Positions 52,303 through 64,000 of a stretch of 64,000 nt of DNA are shown one piece after another (position 1 is the stretch's first letter; every line of letters begins with the position of its first letter). The notes below the pieces were generated by a model. The model had not been told where the DNA came from, did not search any database, and saw nothing but the letters and a program-made list of their open reading frames with translations. The stretch spans positions 29,884,001 to 29,948,000 of the forward strand of contig CM022671.1 in NCBI GenBank assembly GCA_012295275.1, in the 5' to 3' direction. Origin of the DNA: Chrysomallon squamiferum. Lineage: Eukaryota; Animalia; Mollusca. The position numbers and the translations under genes were made by a program.

Positions 52303-53639
52303 GAACATTGTTATGTATAAAAGTATTTTATCTTTTTGTATATCTTTATTCTTGTTTTTTCTTTACTATTTTATATTTCTTTCATTTCATAAATTAAATT
52401 AAATAAATTAACCATTCACAAACAAACAAATAAACAAACAAACAAACAAACAAACGAACAAATAAATATACACAAAACCATTCGAGACTAAAAACATGTG
52501 CACATAGCTTCACAATTATTATTTTATTTTTCATAATTGCCAACTTCCCTTGCAGAGTGAAACCTTGAACCTACGTGTTCTCGTTTTGTACCTGGAACCA
52601 ATAACGTTAGATTATAAATCAGAGCTCGTTCAGGCGATTTTTCTTTTCGAAAATATTAAAGCAAAATTGCATAGCTTTAGGTAAACGATAAACGTTGCGG
52701 AATAACCGATATCATATTGCTTCTTTCATACGACGTCATAATCTTCAATTTTGTGTTCATAGAACGCCACAAGCCAGTTGGTAATATTATCTATTAGACT
52801 AAAAATTACCATTTTATGCTGTCTTGCAGATTACAAAAATATATATTTTTTTTTATTATGGATATATGTAGCTTTTATTAAACGGATAATAATTGATGTA
52901 TATCTATATTAGAAGGAAACTGAACTGATCTTTAACATACAGCTATACATTTTGTTTTGCACTGTTAACCGACAGGAAGTAAGGGAATAAAATAATCCTA
53001 CAGGTTTTTACTGATCTAGCCGGTTTGAGTTCTTTCAGTTTGCTTTGTTTATAAAAACAAGCGATTACTCAGGATGGAATATTGTCAATAACAAACAAAA
53101 ACAAAAAAAAAAAAAAACACCAAAACAACAACAACAAAAACAAAAAAAACAAAACAAAAAACAAAACAAAACAAAACAATAAATAAAAAATAAATAAATA
53201 AATATTAAAAATAAATAAATAAATAAATATTAAAACATAAATAAATAAATAAAAATAAATAAATAAATAAGTAATTAAAACTATTCAAATAATACGGCTG
53301 ATTTTGGCAGATAGGGTCACACTTTTATTTTTTTGTTCCTTCTTCGCCCGTTCAGAGTTCATTCCGATTTTAGGATGGGTAGTAAGGAAAACAGTATCAC
53401 GTGTGTCATTTGACATCTCAATGGAAGCCATATTGTGTTTGCTACAAGTTCAGCGAAGTGTCATTTATATAAGCTTGAAAGCAAACATTGTTGGCAGATT
53501 GACTATGCGAGTTTTCTGTGATACGGATTAGAACCAGACTGTGTGATATTAAAAATAAAAATAGCGGCTGCAGATGATACTAATATTTACACTTAGAGCT
53601 AGGCAGGCGATATATTTTTATTAACTATAGATGTAGACA

Positions 53640-53775
53640 CCACTTGCTGCAGTAATCGGTTCCCGGCAGCCACTGGATCAATTCTCTTCGAAACTGCTAA
53701 GAGTTGGATATCTAAAAAACTATGGTATGTGCTCTACTGTTTATAGGATTCATAATTCCCTTCTCTTATCGCCCC
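53640..53775 (+). mobile_element. Degenerate SINE-like remnant
   Basis: ATCGGTTCCC..ATTCTCTTCGAAAC..TGGATAT..TATGGTATGTGCT..ATTCCCTT has the same block order as the 34.9-kb remnant; recalled similarity only. Confidence 0.35.
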
Positions 53776-54006
53776 GTTGTTCAAGTAGAGGCCAACAGTA
53801 GAAAACTAATTGAAATAGTTTTTTAAAATCATTATAAGAAAAACTATTTTAAGTAGTAAAACATTTCATAATTTCAAATCCTGGATTTTCTTATACCTTA
53901 TCTAACTCTCGTATTGTTTTTGCTTCTCTGCTTGCCTCTTCAGTTTTATTGTGAGATTGTGTATCTGTTCGCTAATTCTGTTCGAAACTCATTGAATTTG
54001 ATCGTT

Positions 54007-54009
<3 letters not shown>

Positions 54010-54087
<78 letters not shown>

Positions 54088-54121
54088 CTGTCCACTTTCT
54101 GTCTTTCCTTGTGTCTCTGTC

Positions 54122-54208
<87 letters not shown>

Positions 54209-54253
54209 GTGTATGTTGTTGTCCGTCTGTCCATCCATCCATCCATCCATCCA
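54010..54253. repeat. Compound microsatellite (CT)n-(CTAT)n-(CTGT)n-(CCAT)n
   Basis: Directly visible. Confidence 0.95.
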
Positions 54254-55686
54254 TTTATCCATTCCTCTTTCGCATCTGAACAACGAATGATGACTTTCAC
54301 ACACTTATTTCTCATAAAAGACCATTCAGTACACTGAGTACAGACAAAGAAAAAAAAAAAAAAAAGATGAAGAAAAAGTCATTAAGTCCTGGAATGTTCT
54401 AACAACTCGCACCTTATCCTCCGACTGATTGTTTCAAGAATTCAAACATGTTTACAAACGAACCATCATTACTGGAAAAAGCAACACGTCCGCTCATCCC
54501 GCTGTCAAATTACACTTGTACGGTTTGTGTAAAGTTTATGTTCGACCACTGGGTGGCGAAAGACGGCAAGGGGAGGGTTGTTGTTGTTGTTCTTTTTTCT
54601 TTCGCTTGCATCCGAAGACTGCGGACTTCGTAAAGAGTCGTCTTCTCTTCCCGAAAGCAAATTGTACCTCGCCGACTGTTTGGCTTATCTCCATGGCGAT
54701 AACCTCAAGTTCGGATTGCATAAGACGAATAGTTTAATTAGCTTCGTTTGTTATAAATATAATAAACGTATTGAATTTGATTCAAACCGACTCGTGTTTT
54801 CCAGATAAAAGATTACACAGCCCAGCACTCCGTGGTGCTTGCTTGTTCTCGCCATTTTTTTTTGTGTTTTTTTGTTTGTTTTTTGTTTATTTGATATCGT
54901 TATTATTTTTGGGGAGTACATTTGTGCGATGCGTTCGGGTGGTGTTGTTGTTCTCGTTGTTTTTCTTACGTTTTTTTTTTTTTTTGTTATCTCTGTATCT
55001 AAGTGACATGGTCTTTCGTTTGAAACTCCCACCAAGCGCTAACCCATTTATAGCTATTAAAGAGTTCATGCCCGCCACCAAAGCAGATCCTCGTGATTAT
55101 TTCTTTTGTTTTGGCAAAAAGAGAATTAATAATAAACTACCTTACAAAGAATTAAATCATAAACAGGCTGAAAAAAACAACAACACAACATTAAGTAACC
55201 GGAGGACGACCTCAGAAAATGCTGAGAATGTCTGAGAATTATTTTTGTTTTAATGTCTCATGGCATGCCGTAATATATGGTCAGGACCGTAAAATTAATA
55301 AAACTTTGTGATAAACAGATAACTGACGGAAAGTCATGATAAAAGCGAAATATGTTTTGAGCTGCGTTACCAATAAATTACGAGTGTGTCTTGAAGATGA
55401 CTACTTTAAAGGAACCGCATCGCCGAGGCAGATAACAGAATTAGAAAAGCGTATTTAATTAGAAGGAGAGATAAAAATTAAACATTATACAAAAAAAGAG
55501 AAGAAATTAAAGTAAAAACGGTCTGTATTTAATTGGTAAGTGTTGTAGTAATGATAAATTTATATCAACATGTAATTTAGTAAATGGTGAATATTAGAAA
55601 TAAGATGTTAAGAAATGCTATAGAACCATTCCGATTTTATGTCCGGCTTTTCTTTCAGTTGCAGTCCTTTTAATCAAACTGATAAG

Positions 55687-55764
<78 letters not shown>

Positions 55765-56225
55765 GTGCTCCCTATCTCCAACACTCTCTTTCATCTCCGT
55801 CATTCATTATTAATTTGTTTCTTATTTTCTTGCAATTTGTTTATAACCTAACTAGTTAATGACTGTAACCTCCGACATCTGCAGATTTATCAGCCTTTTC
55901 AAGATTCGAGTGCGATGACAACAGCATCTTCCGAAAGAAGCTAAAACAGTCCAGATTTCCGGAAACTGCGTAAAAAAATTCTTACATGATTGATGTTTTG
56001 ACTAAAAGTTACGTTCCTGGAATGTTGTCGGTACCAGTCTTTCGAAGCCGTTGATAACGTTGTCGCTACGCCTTTAATAACATTGAGCCTGATTGGAAAC
56101 AAAACTGCGATAAGAATTTTCAAAGACCAGTCGCAGTGTTTCTTAAAAGAGCTGTCCGAGTTATCTACCGTTAATATTTTCTTTTTTCTTTTTCCTCTTT
56201 TAATTTTTAATTTTTGTACGTTTTT

Positions 56226-56271
<46 letters not shown>

Positions 56272-56449
56272 TTCAAGAAAGTTCCAGACTTAAAAAGGGT
56301 AATATATTTATGAACAAAATAAATAAATAAATAAATAAAAGGTTAATAGCAGCATCAACGACAAAGACAATAAGAATGCAATAAGAAATAAATATTTCAT
56401 TAATAGCTTTGACTTTTTATGTTTGAGATCAACATCTTCTTCTTCTTTA

Positions 56450-56487
<38 letters not shown>

Positions 56488-56607
56488 AGAGTGATAATAT
56501 AAAAAGAAAGCTTTCTGCCATTATTCCAGAGGCTGTTCTTGTCTTCTAACAGCAAGGCATCTACTATTACAGCTACTACTACTACTAATATACTACTACT
56601 GCTGCTT

Positions 56608-56643
<36 letters not shown>

Positions 56644-57889
56644 TCTACTACTTCTACTACTACTACTAATAATAATAATGATTAAAATAATAATTTTACT
56701 CTTACCATTTATATTAACATACTTTTATGGAAATACTGAAAATATTCAAGGATAAGAATTTTGGTGATCAGAAACAATAAATTTTTCACCTCTAAATTTG
56801 ACCTGAGTTTAGAATTTATTTATATAAGTACTTTTTCAGGACAATGTTTTTAAACATAAGGACTAAAATAAAAATGTATGAAAATGTATCTTTCTTTTTT
56901 TTTAATTTATCTGTTATAAATATAAGCGAAAATTTTTGAGGCCTTTTTTTCAAAATTTAAAACTTAAAATACAAAAAAGAAAAAACCCACAAAACAACAT
57001 TAATTAATGAACTTAAAAACAGAAATTAATAACCAATGCTTGTTAAACAGACATCCTGATATATAATTTTCAAAAACAAAATTGTAAAATATTCTTGATT
57101 TTTGAAAGCAAAGGATTTCGAAACAGTTTTGATCTTTTTTATTATCAGTATCCCTAGTATCAATATCTTCTTTCCGCATCATAATAATTTTAAAAAACTA
57201 AAAATTAAAATTAAAACAGACTAAGATCTAATAACCGATAAGTTTCACTGGGGCGCTATTAAACAAGAATTAAACGATGAGTTCTGCTGTCTAGACTTAA
57301 ATTTTCATTCATTTGTATTAAATGTCAACAGTCTTTTGTCTTCTTGTTCGACTACCGCGAACGAAACTTTATGCTAATTCGGAATCTAGAGTTCAGATTT
57401 TTAAAAAGTTATATAAACACACGAGTAAGATTTTACGTCAATATTGTAGACTCGGGCAATGGAACGAACTCCGTAGAAGTCTGCACGTATTATTGCGGAA
57501 ACCGACTTTCGACGTTATTACAGTAAGTCGTAGCAGAATGCAGCGCTTTTTTTTTTTTTACCTCTTTAGTTTAACGTACCAGCGGGTTTGTTTGGCAGGT
57601 GGTAAGGTTTCACTTGGAGAATCGTTTACATTTGCCCCTTTTGTTGGACGCAACTTTCATCGTCATATCAAAACAAGGAATCATTTTTCTGCCATTGTTT
57701 GGGCATGCCCGAGATAACAGGCTTCCTCGAACAGGACCTGCGGACACCCGATACTGACAGCAAATGCCCGTCTGCCAAGCGTGTGTAGCCACGTCCAGTT
57801 TTCTCTTCACGGTGATTAGATGGTCCTCGTCCTTCTCCTCCTCTCCCACCTGCTAATCTCACTAAGACCTGGCCTCCTGTCTTCTTCTC

Positions 57890-58117
57890 TTTTTTTTTTA
57901 ATAGTTACGTCACAAATCAGTTTTGTTACGTCGTCGAGTGACCAGATATGACTAATGTGCCTTCACTCACTCTGTCTACCGAGAAGAGCAGTGCGAACAA
58001 GATTTATCTCTGTGAGGAGATGATAATATTAATATAATAGCGATTATTTCACCAGACTGAAGAAGCGAATAGGAAAGTTGGTGTGTGGTCCGGACGTCGG
58101 TTACCGATGAGAAACAG
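57890..58117 (+). promoter_or_regulatory. Candidate promoter and first exon (ATG AGA AAC AG|GTAAGA)
   Basis: CpG-rich with TTACGTCA at 57905; strong donor CAG|GTAAGA after 58117; CpG depletion resumes about 4 kb downstream, as in a methylated gene body. Confidence 0.45.
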
Positions 58118-58328
58118 GTAAGACTAGACGGTAAATACTTTCCTTTTCCGAAAATGTAGATGACTGATAGGTAGAAAAATGTCTTAAACAAATAATTATT
58201 TGTAAAATGCTACTAGATGATGATTTTTTTTTTGTTAATGGTTATTATTATGATGATGATATTATTGTTGTATTGTTGTTATTGTTATCATCGTCATTAT
58301 TATTATCGTTATCATTGTTGTTGTTGTA

Positions 58329-58376
<48 letters not shown>

Positions 58377-58405
58377 TTCTATTAATGATAAAAGTTAAGC
58401 TTGCC

Positions 58406-58446
<41 letters not shown>

Positions 58447-60751
58447 AAGAAAGAAAGAAAGAAAAAATTAACATTGATGAAGTGAGAAATTAAGATAAAT
58501 CAAATTTCAATGTTCGACAGAAGAAAGATTTTTCGACTACGTAACAATGAATACGACTGTGCAATAACAGAGCGGTAAAACTTTAAAATAATACGAGATC
58601 TCCTTACATCTGTAAAATGCGTATTAAAATATCAGTGAGATAGATATTAACAAACAAAATCTTTAAACAGAATTTTATCTTATTATGATTTTACATGGGT
58701 GAGAAAATCACGCCACTCTTTTTTATATGCAGTTTCCTGCACACAGTGAAATAATAAATGCTTTCTGTATCATCTCGAAGGGGTCGTATAAAGCAGAATT
58801 GAACCCGGATTGTATGACGTCACTGGCGAATGTTCTACAGTTGATATTGTGATCTGTTGTGTCAGCAGGCTTATAATCATTGTGTCAATGAAAATAGTAA
58901 TTACGCCTGTTATAGAGATACTTTCATTTATTATGAACATTTCTGGATGACGAAACGACAGAGATACTTTCATTCATTATGACGAAATGACAGTTCATTA
59001 AGCCTATTTTAAGTATAACCAATGACCCAGTAATTGAATGTTACAGTATTGAAAGCCAATGTTCATTTGGTTTGTATAGGTATACATGATGCCTAATTTT
59101 TGCTTTTACAAAAAATTTGGAAATATGGTTCGTTATTGTTATTTTAAAGCAGTAACATTGAGGTGGCCATTTTGTTGTTTTTGTTAATGTAAGTATAAAC
59201 AAAGATTAATAATTACTGTCTGATAATAGCATTCTTTTCAACAAAATGTGATAAATGCGGACATTTTTGGATTCTATAAAATAATTATTATCATCATCAT
59301 CATCATCATCATTAAATTGGTATTTGTTTGTTTATTTATTATTATTATTATTATTTATTAATTTTAATTATTTTATTTTAGTTATTAAAAAAAAAAAAAA
59401 AAAAATGGCGTTAAATTGTCAAACAAAATATCTATCATTTTGAAAATAATTATTTTGTCACCAGATGGAAATGATTCACCATTATTTTAGAATATCTTAC
59501 ACTTCAAATTTTGGGAAAGAAATCAGAGTACAAATTCTCACTGAAAATCAGTTTAGTATTTAGCTGCGTATGTTTAAAGCGAGAAGTCAGAGAACTCGCC
59601 GAAGACAGTATGGATTGTTTCCCCTTTATGACAAATCCCACTTCAGTTTTAGTTACGAAATAATATTATAAATATTTTAATAGACGCAGATACTAGTTTA
59701 CTACTACTTCTACTGCTGCAGCTATTACTACAACTAATACTACTTCCACTACTATTATTACTACTACCGTTATTGCTACTACCTCTACTAGTACTATTAT
59801 TACTATTACTACTACGACGACTGCTGCTATTACTACTACTATTAAACCATTGCTGCTGCTGCTACTGCTACTGCTACTACAACAAATAATATTATTATTA
59901 CATATATTACTACTACTACTACTACTACTACTACTATTGTTGTTGTTACTTTATTTTCAAAACAGTAATAAAATCGATCGTTTGTATAAAATATTTCGTG
60001 AGATGTTTTATGATACTGAAGAACCGTAAATACTACTTGAACAAAATTTTATTAAAAAAATATAACAATTTCTTCCAAAGCAGCTTATCGGGGTTCGGGG
60101 AGAGGGTTACCGGGGGACACCTTGAGGCTTGGCCTCTAAAAAGCAACACAGAAATGCGGACATTATTAGCAATGTATTGTATGTAAATTGGCGTGCGTGG
60201 ATGCGTGTATATATGTATGTCTGTTTGTGTGTGTGTTTTGGGTGCATGCGGGTGTATCTCTGCGTGTGCATGTCAGTGTCAAAAACCAGAATAGTGGTAT
60301 TTTTAAAAAGGTGGGTATTGAACGAGGAGCGCATCTCTTCAGTGATAAGTGCTTATTATATTGTCCACCTCAAATGAAATGAAGGATAACAAGGCGATTG
60401 TAAACCTTCAAACGCTTCATATGATGTGTGGAGTTAATATACCTAACTGCTTGTCGACCTACTAACGCTACATAGATATATATATATATGTAAACGCATA
60501 ATTATGAGTATTATCTGATACAAATTATAGTTTATGAGCTTCCATCATTTTGTACCATTTCAGATTGTGTTCGAGCTCACTAAAGTCTACATGATTCCTT
60601 GTTTCAGATTGCTTGCCTGTCATCTGAATGTTTATGCCGGAGATATTTACCTATAAAACTTTATAAGCAAACAAGAAGACAATGCTTAGATCAAAAGTGA
60701 AATAATTGTTGATATTATTAACTTTTTATTTCTGTTAGTGAAACAGATGGC

Positions 60752-60814
<63 letters not shown>

Positions 60815-62260
60815 TATAAAAAGAAATAGAGAAAAATAAATTAGCTTAATAAATCGTTTTATTTCGGCTATTTACGTAATTTAACGTCGTTATAAGTATT
60901 GTTGCTACGTCACGTGAATTATTTTATTACGTCACTACAATTACAATAACTATGGATTTGAGTTGTATTGTTGGATTACTTAACAACTGATGTTAAAGTT
61001 GAGTTAAGTTGAATTTTATTTTTTGAATTTGATATTATTTCTTTACGCTAGGAAAATCGAAATTTAAGCTCCCGATATTTTGTTTTATCATTCGTATTTC
61101 TAATTCAGATGTAGAAGAGAAACATGTACCTTACAAACTGTTCGAACATTCACCCCTGTCTGGATAAATTTAATGCAGTAAATACTGTCATAAAAAAATA
61201 GTGTTGATTTTTTAAACATAATTATAATTAGCATCTCAACTTTCCTGAATAAATCTATTTCTGTGAAAATAATTAGACCGTTCCTTTTTCGTCATTATGT
61301 GTGTGTGTACATGTTTGCCCGTTACTCAGAACATAGCGTGTGCATTTATGTTATTAGAACCAACGAATTCAATAACCAGCATTTATTTCTGAAATTTGAT
61401 AAAATAATAACAATAGTAACAAGAAAAACAACAACAATCAAATGATAATAGTTTAACGAACTACAGGAGGTCTAATGAAAAGTTGAATTATGGTACACGT
61501 AAAGAAATAATACTTACGATGTGAGGTACTGGGCTGATGTAAATTATTTACGTTTCTTTATACAATGGAACATCAGAATTGTTTCTTAGTGTAAAGTGTA
61601 ATCACAGGGCGTTTTCCTATCAGTCTATACATGTTTATTAATGTAATAACATATTTGTTATCAACCTACCTACCTACCTACCCCCCACACATACATATAC
61701 ACATATATACATACACATACATATATATATAACAGATAGACAGAAAGAGACAGATAAAAATGATGTCAGATGAGGTACCAATTATAAACTAGTTGTGCTG
61801 AGTAACAGTACTGTATATTTTATATACCTATACTTTATATAAACATACATTGCTACCACGATCTGAGATACACCAATACATCCTGGAACAGTCTTTGACA
61901 ACAACTGTTCTGCTTAGTTGTAGTGTGCAAGTTGTGTGCTAAACATACATGTTATTTAAAGAAATTCTGGTGTCACAGCCCCCCAGAATTTCAGATAAAA
62001 CTAAACTTCAGAATTTTTATATCCACCTCCTTATTTTACCGAATTTTTTAAAAATACATCTTCTGCATTAAATCCAGAAGCACGATGAAAAATACCCCCA
62101 CAAATGTAAATATAGCTATCCAGATATAGAAAAAACTTCCTTTTTATTATTATTATTATTTTAAAACACCTGAATGCATTTTAATTAATCATACTGATTC
62201 CTACATCAAATATATTGATTTTTATAAAGCTATCAGTCTGTTTTTAAACTTTATAACCAT

Positions 62261-62329
<69 letters not shown>

Positions 62330-63030
62330 TACATACAGATACAGATATTTTCCACCTTCCTTTTTAATAAAAATAATCTCTATGGTAAATTTAAATTTAT
62401 AAGCAATGGTTATTTTTAAAAACACTGCATGATGCAAATAGCTTTGGAATGGGAGTGGCAATCTGAACTGTAGTCTTGTTAAATTCTTAGTGTGGGTTGT
62501 TAGCAGTAATGACATTCACAAACAACAATTCGTAAAATCAATCTTCAGTGTTTTTATTGCCTACACTCTTTACTGTTCCAACCTGTATAATACCATCTTA
62601 CCAGACGTTTGTAACCATTAATGTAAAAATGTATTCTTGAACAAAATATTATTTTTATTAAATGCCTTTAACTGCATTATTATCTTGCACTTTCTACATA
62701 TGGTCTTTCAAAAAACTTATATATCTGTATTTGTACATTAAGTTTTTATTGCAGAACACTATGAAAATGTCTCACTTAAATACTTTTGCTGTATGTAAAA
62801 TGCAAAATAATCTTTAATAAAACTGAATGTTTTTCTTTTACACAGATCAATGTTATTTTATTTTTAGGAAAATTTTGGTAATCAATTATTTTGTCAATAT
62901 GAGGTTTTAATGTATTGGGTAATATTTCAGTTTTTCTAGATGGAAACCAGTAATTAATTTTTATTTAATGATAAAATATTCAGGTATTTTTAAAAACCAA
63001 ATAGATTTGAAAAAAACAACTGGAATTTAC

Positions 63031-63078
<48 letters not shown>

Positions 63079-64000
63079 TGAAAATCATTTACATGTATTT
63101 ATACACATCAGTTCTGGAGCACTGCCTGGAACTGGATATAGCCTGACAGATACTGCAGTGACATTGATCTTATTGATTGGATCTTCAAGCATTCTTCAAC
63201 TGTTTATCATCCACTCTCTTACACCCACACCGAGATAAAATGTTGTTCAATATGTTATTGTTATTCAGTGTGTTTAACATATGCATCTGGAACATTCTAA
63301 AATCAAAATTCCTCCACTGTCAAGCATTTGAAGAGTAAAATTATCATGCATGCATTTTCACTTGTTCAAAATAAATATATATTAATTAATTTCTTCCCCC
63401 CTCCATATGTTTAATAATTTGAAGGCTATCCTCTATAATTTTTATAGTTTGAAAATTGTGTTATTTAACAAGTATTGGATTATTATGACTTCAATGTTCA
63501 GTCTTTTAAGATGTGGATTAGAATATTTGGTCTTTAATCATTTAAAATTAAGTATTATGCAAACAAACAAAAAGATTTGTAGGTGGCATTCATGTAAGAA
63601 TCATAATTTAATTTTCATTTTATATTTTCAAAGAAAATATTTTTCTATAATTCTGAAAAAGAAATTTAGTGCAGCAAGTATATTGCTTTCATGAACACAT
63701 ATTCAAGTATTCTTTTAATGTGTATGTATGTGTATTTATGTATGAAATATTACTATATTTGTTTATATTAGGTAAGACAGATGGCATTTATTTAGAAAAA
63801 GGGAGGTCTGTGTATGTATGTTATTTTACATTTTTTTCAAACTGGATAAGACCTAGTATTTATTTAGAAATGGGATGTATAGAGATTATTTTTACATATG
63901 GTTTACACCTAGATACTATCTGTTATTATTTTAAGTGTATAATTTGTATATGGGATGAATGATTTATATTTTCTGAGTATTCTTTGCACATACTAATTTT

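Overview
AT-rich, microsatellite-dense animal genomic DNA with spliceosomal introns. It is probably a mollusc or other lophotrochozoan, but that is an inference. Most ORFs in the supplied track are simple-repeat artefacts. Reading splice sites by hand gives three complete multi-exon genes: (1) APPL1/DIP13 (BAR-PH-PTB endosomal adaptor) on the minus strand, 22 exons, 704 aa, 3171-23981; (2) PSMD6/Rpn7 (26S proteasome lid subunit) head-to-head with it on the plus strand, 8 exons, 389 aa, 25581-30352; (3) an unnamed ankyrin-repeat gene of about 546 aa on the plus strand, 32542-45878, with only phase-0 introns, an acidic linker built from duplicated mini-exons, and a polybasic+CaaX (CLVS) C-terminus. 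The window also holds two TA-flanked Tigger/pogo-type MITEs, two minisatellites, degenerate SINE-like remnants, and a CpG-retaining region at about 46-61 kb with candidate promoters and first exons. The most interesting signals are a candidate RBFOX-flanked APPL cassette exon that swaps the PDZ ligand (-ESEA) for an acidic-cluster dileucine end (FDDDELLLS*), a 24-nt microexon in the APPL PH domain, and the modular, probably prenylated ankyrin gene. No prokaryotic-type system, CRISPR array, tRNA or rRNA is supported.
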